The notes beneath the pieces were generated by a model that saw only the letters and a list, made by a program, of their open reading frames with translations, did no database searches and was not told the DNA's origin. Source: an uncultured Candidatus Saccharibacteria bacterium (GTDB lineage Bacteria > Patescibacteriota > Minisyncoccia > Phycocordibacterales > PALSA-1337). Taken from it: DNA of 40,578 bases. The translations under genes were made by a program, and so were the position numbers. Where the stretch lies: NCBI GenBank assembly GCA_964555555.1, contig CAZKSQ010000001.1, positions 1 to 40,578 of the forward strand, in the 5' to 3' direction. Each line of letters opens with the position of its first letter. Within the stretch, counting starts at the first letter, position 1. Below are positions 34,913-40,578 of this stretch, in pieces.

Positions 34913-36358
34913 ATGGACCCTCAACAAAATTCGGGTGATCCCAATGCCCCAGCTCAAGGCTCGCAGTTCGTAGATTATTCGCAGAAAACTGCGCCAGTTA
35001 ATATCATAGATACTCCTCCGCCTGTAGAGGTTCCGAGCACTCCGCCGAGTGAACCCGCCATGCCTCCTCCTAGGGATATGTCGGGCTTCTCCAATACTTC
35101 GCCCGTGCAAAGCCATCATGGTTCTCGCAAATTATTTGCAGTAATCGCCATCATAATCGTTGTGCTGGCAGTCGGCGCATATGGCGTATATGCCTTCATG
35201 GTCTCACCCAGTGCCGCAGTGCCTATGGCTCTGCGCGGCTTTGATAGTGCGAAAAAGATCACCTCTACTTTCAATATCCAAGTTAGCTCCAGCAACAAGC
35301 AGATTGATGGCGCTAGCCTTTCGGTCACGAACGAGCTCGATCGTACCAATGCGAGCACTGTTGCTGGCCAGTCTGACCTCACGGCGAGCGCCAGCGGCTA
35401 TAGCGTAGGCGCCGAAATGCGAGTCGTGAACAATGTGCTCTACGGCGAGCTTACAAGCGCGCCGGCGGCATATGACGCTATGCTTGCAGCCTACAAAAAT
35501 AAGTGGTTTTCCATCTCTCTTGATGCCCTAAAATCTTATGCGAGCTCAACTGTGGGAAGCTATAACGTAGATCCGATGGGAATGCATGCTTCCGTTGCTG
35601 ATCTTTATAGCAAGCTTCTGGATGCCGGAGTCATCACTGCTCCGGCCCTGCAAGGCGTCGGCTTTTCTGGCGGCAGTCTGGTCAAGACCTACACATTCAG
35701 CATCAACAAAGATTCTCTGGCAAAATACATCGCAGATACGATGAGCGCCCAAATGGGATCCTCGACGGAATCTTCGGTCATGACTCGCGCATACGTGGTT
35801 GGTGCTCTTAGCACCGTAGATTTTTCGCCGATCACTGTGACTGCCGATTTTTGGTCAGGGTCTCTGCGCAGTTTTGCGGTAGATGTGAATGTTTCTGCAC
35901 CCGCGACTTCCTATACGCCCGCGACATCGGCGACTACGCATGTTAATGGCACTTACGATCCGAGCGCGACCAGCTTTACGATAACTGCTCCTTCAGGCGC
36001 TACTTCGCTGGACAGCTACTTCACATCTTTGGAAAGCTCTGTGCAGGGCGCCCAAAATAATTCGAAGAACACTCATATCATCAGCGATCTTAACCAGATG
36101 AGGCTTTCGTTCGAATCAAGCTGGAAAAATGGCGCATACACCAGCACTTGCCAATCTCCAAGCCTGGCTTCATACAAAGCAGATATCCAATCCTACGGAT
36201 CCGTGTTTTATTGCCATGCCAATAGCCAAGCTTATTCGCTGACTGCAAATCTTCTGACGGGTTATCCTCCTGATCCAAAGAAGGCATATTACTGCTTCGA
36301 TTCCAACAGCATAGCCTTGTATTTGTCCAAGCCGCCCGCTGGCTATGCGTGCAAATAG
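34913..36358 (+). CDS. Hypothetical membrane-anchored protein (Pro-rich N-terminus, one TM helix, large extracytoplasmic domain with a Cys-containing C-terminus)
   Basis: 481-aa ORF with the TM helix LFAVIAIIIVVLAVGAYGVYAF. No recognised catalytic motif. Confidence 0.65.
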   Translation: MDPQQNSGDPNAPAQGSQFVDYSQKTAPVNIIDTPPPVEVPSTPPSEPAMPPPRDMSGFSNTSPVQSHHGSRKLFAVIAIIIVVLAVGAYGVYAFMVSPSAAVPMALRGFDSAKKITSTFNIQVSSSNKQIDGASLSVTNELDRTNASTVAGQSDLTASASGYSVGAEMRVVNNVLYGELTSAPAAYDAMLAAYKNKWFSISLDALKSYASSTVGSYNVDPMGMHASVADLYSKLLDAGVITAPALQGVGFSGGSLVKTYTFSINKDSLAKYIADTMSAQMGSSTESSVMTRAYVVGALSTVDFSPITVTADFWSGSLRSFAVDVNVSAPATSYTPATSATTHVNGTYDPSATSFTITAPSGATSLDSYFTSLESSVQGAQNNSKNTHIISDLNQMRLSFESSWKNGAYTSTCQSPSLASYKADIQSYGSVFYCHANSQAYSLTANLLTGYPPDPKKAYYCFDSNSIALYLSKPPAGYACK

Positions 36359-36428
36359 TGCGCGACATCAAAATTCGTGATATAAGTATGATGCATATTT
36401 GAGCAGCTTTTTCGCTCGTATGCGACAT

Positions 36429-36501
36429 GGTGCCTATGGTGTAATGGTTAGCACTAGAGCTTGTGGAGCTTTCAGTTCGGGTTCGAATCCCGATAGGCAC
36501 C
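36429..36501 (+). tRNA. tRNA-His (anticodon GTG) with encoded G-1
   Basis: G-1 pairs with C73. Acceptor GTGCCTA/TAGGCAC. Anticodon loop TTGTGGA. T arm TCGGG-TTCGAAT-CCCGA. Confidence 0.9.
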
Positions 36502-36506
36502 CCGAT

Positions 36507-36532
36507 AAAAATCCGCGATAAGCGGATTTTTT
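36507..36532 (+). terminator. Terminator-like hairpin immediately after tRNA-His
   Basis: AAAAATCCGC-gataa-GCGGATTTTT followed by T. Confidence 0.55.
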
Positions 36533-36534
36533 GA

Positions 36535-36670
36535 GGGGTGCCTAAGCAAAGCGCCTGCGCGCTTTGCGGTCGGGATTCGAAGACCTTGAGCATATTTTCG
36601 GTGGGGCATCCTCCACCGAAAATGCGAAAGGTGTACAGAGTCTGTAAGACTCGAATCCCGATAGGCACCC
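36535..36670 (+). ncRNA. Structured element copy B (about 136 nt), ending in a 20-nt duplicate of the tRNA-His 3' end
   Basis: Helices: GGGTGCCTA/TAGGCACCC (closing); hairpin 36546-36567; CGGGATTCGA/TCGAATCCCG (36571-80 / 36651-60); hairpin 36594-36623 with loop GGCATCCT; small hairpin AGTC-TGTAA-GACT. Same architecture as 33298-33432. Confidence 0.45.
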
Positions 36671-36782
36671 ATTGATATCGCATTCCTGTAATAAAAAACA
36701 AAATGCGGCGGCTACTCTGGGAGAGTCATGCGTCGACATGATTTTTGGAGTGTATCGACAAAATTAAACAAAAAGAAAAATT

Positions 36783-36938
36783 ATGAATGACGACAAAGTT
36801 CAAAGAGCCGAAGAAAAAGCAGATAAGTCCGAAGCGAATGCAAAACAAGATCGGGCTGATAGTGACAAGGCAGTAGCAGTTGAATCAAAAGAAAAGGCCG
36901 AGGCTTCCCAAAAAGAAGCAGACAAAGCCAAATCTTAA
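36783..36938 (+). CDS. Possible small Lys/Glu/Ala-rich protein (51 aa)
   Basis: ATG..TAA ORF, below the ORF-track size cutoff: MNDDKVQRAEEKADKSEANAKQDRADSDKAVAVESKEKAEASQKEADKAKS. No clear RBS. The low-complexity sequence makes it uncertain. Confidence 0.3.
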   Translation: MNDDKVQRAEEKADKSEANAKQDRADSDKAVAVESKEKAEASQKEADKAKS

Positions 36939-37040
36939 GAACTCACTTTGAGGATTCTGCTTTAGAGCAACCCCTGCAATCTGAAATATGGTTACGGGGT
37001 TTCATTTCCATATAGTGAATCACAGGGTAGGGTAAAACGC

Positions 37041-37094
37041 AGGAATATAGATTGTTGCATCATCCATCCTCTCAAACTTCCTCTACGACAGCAC
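37041..37094. repeat. Dispersed repeat copy 1 (flanks the lipoprotein gene)
   Basis: GGAATATAGATTGTTGCATCATCCATCCTCTCAAACTTCCTCTACGACAGCAC resembles 37811-37875. Confidence 0.45.
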
Positions 37095-37167
37095 TCTAGC
37101 AGGAATAAAATTAAAATATCTTTTATTTAGATTGTAAAACCAGTTCGGTTTTTAGTATAATTGCGTT

Positions 37168-37779
37168 ATGAAAATCTCTTATAAAATCTATGTGGCGTTT
37201 TCGCTCATTTTAGTCATTCTAATATCGCTTTCACTTTCCAGTTGCGTTGTGCATGCAACTGCTCCAGCACCAGCGAGCGCTTCTTGTCCATTTCATGCTA
37301 CTGTTATTTCATATAAGCAAACTTTTCACCAAGCTGCCGGTGCTATATATCGTGGAAACACTAAGATAGATGTTCCTGAATTTGATATATATGATGTTGT
37401 TTTGAAAATAAACAGCTCGACTTCAAAGGATAATTTATGTCCCACAAAGGGTGAAGAGATAACATCGTCACTTATTGCCACGAATCCAGATTCGTATGTA
37501 CAGCCCACGATGACAGGAAAGGATATATTAGTAAACGGAATCATAATAGAAGGTACACTTCTGGCTATGGATTCTTCTAACATTGGGTTGAGCAAGACTT
37601 TTACTTTAAATCAAATAAGTATTGTCACTAAAGTTCTAAACTCTGCCACCAACACCCCAATAATCATATCAACATCGACATCGCTTATGGCTACCTCAAC
37701 GTCCGATGTGCAAGTTATTTCACAGCCAATACCAAAAAGATTCGTTTGGTGGAATCCGTTTACGTGGTTTGGTTACTGA
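37168..37779 (+). CDS. Putative lipoprotein/secreted protein
   Basis: Signal peptide with the lipobox-like ISLSLSSC. 203 aa, Ser/Thr/Ile-rich. Confidence 0.6.
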   Translation: MKISYKIYVAFSLILVILISLSLSSCVVHATAPAPASASCPFHATVISYKQTFHQAAGAIYRGNTKIDVPEFDIYDVVLKINSSTSKDNLCPTKGEEITSSLIATNPDSYVQPTMTGKDILVNGIIIEGTLLAMDSSNIGLSKTFTLNQISIVTKVLNSATNTPIIISTSTSLMATSTSDVQVISQPIPKRFVWWNPFTWFGY

Positions 37780-37810
37780 TTAAGATATAGTGAACTCTGG
37801 GGTCGAATGT

Positions 37811-37875
37811 GGGAATGTAAATTGTCGCATCACTTCTCCTCTCAAACACAGTTCTAACATCCTCTACGACGGCAC
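37811..37875. repeat. Dispersed repeat copy 2
   Basis: GGAATGTAAATTGTCGCATCACTTCTCCTCTCAAACACAGTTCTAACATCCTCTACGACGGCAC. On the minus strand both copies translate to ...AVVE(E/D)V...DATIYIP(A/T)F..., with copy 1 interrupted. Confidence 0.45.
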
Positions 37876-37972
37876 CCATCGTTATTTTCTGGCAAGATAG
37901 CCTCGTTTCAGTTGGTATTTTCAGTTCTGACCTGATAGACTTTTGTACGGATATGAGACTCAAAATTATTTT

Positions 37973-38326
37973 ATGAATAAAGCAAAAAATGTAGACGAAT
38001 ACATCACGAAAGCCCCAAACGAAATTCGGGGTAAACTGAAAGAGCTTCGTACGCTGATCAAAAAGCTTGCCCCAGATGCAAAAGAACGCATCAGTTACGG
38101 CATGCCGTTTTATGATTACAAAGGACGACTTGTCTATTTTTCCAATGCTAACGGATACATCGGCCTTTATATCCCACCACCCATAATTGTCGAACATGCA
38201 GTCGACCTGAAGGCTTACATAACAACCAAGTCCGCAATACACCTACCTGTCAAAAAACTGCCCATATCGCTTATCAGGAAATTAATCAAAGCACGGATGA
38301 AATATAATGTATCTAAGCTTAATTAA
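37973..38326 (+). CDS. DUF1801 (YdhG-like) domain protein
   Basis: NVDEYITKAPNEIRGKLKELRTLIKKLAPDAKERISYGMPFYDYKGRLVYF matches the DUF1801 pattern. ATG at 37973. Confidence 0.7.
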   Translation: MNKAKNVDEYITKAPNEIRGKLKELRTLIKKLAPDAKERISYGMPFYDYKGRLVYFSNANGYIGLYIPPPIIVEHAVDLKAYITTKSAIHLPVKKLPISLIRKLIKARMKYNVSKLN

Positions 38327-38440
38327 GCCATATCCATCTCTTGGTGCCTTTTCACTTTTATATTTTATTCAAAATAGCTTTTAAAATAGGCTATTTGTGT
38401 GATAAAAGTCTCTGTATCATTAGGGCAATATAGTAAAAGA

Positions 38441-38479
38441 TTAGTGAATTAGTACCATAATAAGCTAGTAATTCACTAA
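38441..38479. promoter_or_regulatory. 11-bp perfect inverted repeat (candidate operator) just upstream of the fic promoter
   Basis: TTAGTGAATTA (38441-38451) and TAATTCACTAA (38469-38479), separated by 17 nt. The repeat ends 3 nt before the -35 hexamer. Confidence 0.4.
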
Positions 38480-38482
38480 AGT

Positions 38483-38511
38483 TTGACAATAAGGAGTGAA
38501 AAGACTATTAT
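38483..38511 (+). promoter_or_regulatory. Sigma70-type promoter for the fic gene
   Basis: TTGACA (38483-38488), a 17-nt spacer, TATTAT (38506-38511). The ATG is 26 nt downstream. Confidence 0.5.
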
Positions 38512-38536
38512 ATTAAAAGTTAATTAACCAAATATC

Positions 38537-39439
38537 ATGGCTATCACCAAACCAATCATAACTAGACTACAAAATCTAAAGACAGAGTACGAGACTCTTA
38601 AAAAAGGAAAAGAGTCACTTTTGGTAATGGTTAATGATGCTGAAGTTGCTGAGGCGGTTTATAACTCGAATGCGATTGAGAACTCAACACTCACTCTTAT
38701 TGAAACAGAAAAGATTCTTCTGGAAATGGCAGTCGCTAGAGAGGTGTCGGTCCGAGAAGTGTTCGAAGCAAAGAATCTTGCTCGAGTTGTTGCTTATATA
38801 AGAAATAAATCTCAAGAAACAGAAATAAATAAAGAAATTATTCTCTTTCTGCACCAGATGCTCATTAGCGGAATAAAAGACGATATTGCTGGTCGTTTCA
38901 GAAAAGTTGGTGAATATGTACGAGTGGGGACCCATATTGCACCAGCCCCAGAACATGTTGAGCGAATGATTGATGCATTGCTCTCTGAATATACCGGAGA
39001 CATTGCAAGTTTTTTTGTAGATAAGATTGCGAAATTCCATCTCGAATTTGAAACGATCCACCCATTCAACGACGGGAATGGTCGTATTGGTCGTGTCCTA
39101 ATAAACTATCAATTTCAGAGGCTAGGTTTTCCTGGAATAATCATTCGTGATAAAGAAAAGAAAGACTATTACAGTACATTTGCTGAATATCGAGAAAAGA
39201 AGACGGCAAAGAAAATGGAAAAGATTATCGCACTCGCACTCATGGAATCACTCCATAAGAGAATTACTTATTTGAAGGGTGAAAAGATTATTACTTTAGC
39301 TGATTATGTTAAACAGAACAATAAATCTGCACCAGCCCTAGCAAATGCCGCACGTCGACAGAATATCCCAGCCTTCAGAGAGAGGGGAGTATGGAAGATT
39401 GCCGAGAATTCTGTATACGAAGGGGCTAAAGAAAAATAA
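38537..39439 (+). CDS. Fic-family protein (class II, intramolecular inhibitory motif) with a C-terminal DNA-binding-like tail
   Basis: The Fic motif HPFNDGNGRIGR lies at 39059-39094. The N-terminal SNAIEN fits the [ST]xxxE[GN] inhibitory helix. Confidence 0.9.
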   Translation: MAITKPIITRLQNLKTEYETLKKGKESLLVMVNDAEVAEAVYNSNAIENSTLTLIETEKILLEMAVAREVSVREVFEAKNLARVVAYIRNKSQETEINKEIILFLHQMLISGIKDDIAGRFRKVGEYVRVGTHIAPAPEHVERMIDALLSEYTGDIASFFVDKIAKFHLEFETIHPFNDGNGRIGRVLINYQFQRLGFPGIIIRDKEKKDYYSTFAEYREKKTAKKMEKIIALALMESLHKRITYLKGEKIITLADYVKQNNKSAPALANAARRQNIPAFRERGVWKIAENSVYEGAKEK

Positions 39440-39537
39440 TTATATGGCAATACTCGATGAATTAAAATCTACTCTAACCGACAGGCTTCGGCCTAATGTT
39501 CTTGTAATAGAACCCGAAACGCAACGTCATCTGTTGT

Positions 39538-39747
39538 ATGCAGATTTCAGGATGGGATTGGACTTTTTTGTGGATTATTCTATGGGTATTCATTTGGCCC
39601 GTCTTTTTGGTTTTCATGCAAAGGATGCGAGGGAGAAGGGACAAACACAGCGAAAATGATAAATCTGCGCTCGATATCCTCAAGGAGCGCTATGCTAAAG
39701 GCGAGATTGATAAGGTAAAATTTGATGAAATGAAGAAGGATTTGTAA
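39538..39747 (+). CDS. SHOCT-domain small membrane protein
   Basis: An N-terminal TM helix (WTFLWIILWVFIWPVFLVF) plus the C-terminal ALDILKERYAKGEIDKVKFDEMKKDL, which is the SHOCT signature. Confidence 0.7.
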   Translation: MQISGWDWTFLWIILWVFIWPVFLVFMQRMRGRRDKHSENDKSALDILKERYAKGEIDKVKFDEMKKDL

Positions 39748-39791
39748 TTGAACAAAAAAATCGTTCGGCTTTTGCGATATAATGCCATATC

Positions 39792-40578
39792 ATGTGGCAA
39801 CAAGCTACCGACCCTCTCCAAAGCATCGCCTTGTCGGCAACTGTAGCCGTCATACCCATCATTTTTTTGTTCGCGCTCCTTATCAGCCGGAAAGTCGCTG
39901 GGCATATAGCCACGGTAATGACGCTAATAGTTGGGTTTATTATTGCTGTAGTAGTCTTCGGCATGCCGGCTGGCTTGGCGGGAATGTCTGCTTTGTATGG
40001 AATGATTTCAGGCCTGTTTCCCATCGGCTGGATCGTCTTGAATGCGGTTTTTCTTTATAATATCAGCGTCGAGAGCGGCAGTTTTGCCATCGTTAGGGAC
40101 AGCATTGAATCAGTTACTTCCGATAGGCGCATACAGGCATTGCTTATCGCATTCTGCTTTGGTGCTTTCCTCGAAGGCGCGGCTGGCTTCGGCGCCCCAG
40201 TCGCCATCACTGCCGGAATGTTGGTGGGCTTGGGCTTCGAAGCGTTCTATGCTGCGGGCGTTTGCCTCATAGCCAACACTGCGCCTGTCGCATTTGGCGG
40301 CATAGGAATAGCTATCATCACAGCTGGGCACCTCACCAATATCGATCCTGATATTTTGAGCAAGATGATAGCTCATCAGTTGCCATTCATCGCTTTTATC
40401 ATCCCGCTCTGGCTGGTGCTCATCATTTCCGGCTGGAAGGGCGCCAAGGCCGCCTGGCCGGCAATACTGGTAACTGGTGCATCTTATGCTCTCACTATGT
40501 TCCTTACGGCGAGCTTCTTGGGACCGACTCTGCCTGACGTGCTCTCGGCTATCGTCTCAATACTTTGTCTCATTGGGC
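39792..40578 (+). CDS. L-lactate permease (LctP family), 3'-truncated by the window end
   Basis: Open frame from ATG 39792 to the window end; it is absent from the ORF track because it has no stop. MWQQ...IPIIFLF...LFPIGWIVLNAVFLYN...IQALLIAFCFGAFLEGAAGFGAPVAITAGMLVGLGF...CLIANTAPVAFGGIG are canonical LctP blocks. Confidence 0.9.
   Translation, partial: MWQQATDPLQSIALSATVAVIPIIFLFALLISRKVAGHIATVMTLIVGFIIAVVVFGMPAGLAGMSALYGMISGLFPIGWIVLNAVFLYNISVESGSFAIVRDSIESVTSDRRIQALLIAFCFGAFLEGAAGFGAPVAITAGMLVGLGFEAFYAAGVCLIANTAPVAFGGIGIAIITAGHLTNIDPDILSKMIAHQLPFIAFIIPLWLVLIISGWKGAKAAWPAILVTGASYALTMFLTASFLGPTLPDVLSAIVSILCLIG

Noticed and set aside
36090-36701. 203-aa minus-strand ORF
   Set aside because: It runs antisense through the 3' end of the 34913..36358 gene, tRNA-His, the terminator hairpin and structured element B. 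The translation is low-quality, so I treat it as an artefact.
37760-38242. 160-aa minus-strand ORF
   Set aside because: It overlaps the better-supported DUF1801 gene (37973..38326, plus strand). Only the part of the ORF over the 37811-37875 repeat resembles anything (the other repeat copy), so it is reported as a possible gene relic, not a CDS.
39345-39659. 104-aa ORF (or a 71-aa version from ATG 39444) between fic and the SHOCT gene
   Set aside because: It overlaps the SHOCT-domain ORF, which has a clear family signature in another frame. This ORF has no motif, and part of it overlaps the fic 3' end.

Overview
The window reads as a gene-dense bacterial chromosome segment. Its content suggests a Patescibacteria/CPR-like organism, but this is inference only. 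Supporting content: a PilM/N/O-like pilus assembly set, a GT39 protein mannosyltransferase with a GT2 polyprenol-phosphate glycosyltransferase, ruvX, DedA, an RluA-type pseudouridine synthase, rplS, seven interspersed tRNAs and many small membrane ORFs.

The centre (about 13.55-33.43 kb) looks like an integrated genomic island of about 19.9 kb next to tRNA-Arg(CCG). It has a large serine recombinase at one end and an 18-nt copy of the tRNA 3' end at the other. By eye it is more AT-rich than the flanks. It carries two convergent operons:
- Plus strand: giant secreted proteins. These are a PG-binding/PKD/IPT protein, a 1766-aa S8 subtilase with FG-GAP repeats, and an M64-like HExxH metalloprotease.
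- Minus strand: XRE, ImmA, ParB-methyltransferase, methyltransferase, a small HTH protein, a 72-aa protein and an unknown 611-aa acidic protein.

The two signals I rate highest:
1. A structured element of about 135 nt, present twice (33298-33432 and 36535-36670). Each copy ends in a duplicate of a different tRNA 3' end (Arg-CCG, His). The helices are preserved by multiple compensatory substitutions.
2. A shared C-terminal tail that resembles a sorting signal: a Pro/Thr/Ser linker, an SP-x-A-[FY] motif, a hydrophobic stretch, and in two of the three a terminal Lys. It occurs on three large secreted proteins.

No CRISPR array, rRNA gene or classical phage structural gene was seen. The right flank holds a BI-1 family protein, a PduO-type adenosyltransferase, tRNA-His, a class II Fic protein, a SHOCT protein and a 3'-truncated L-lactate permease.
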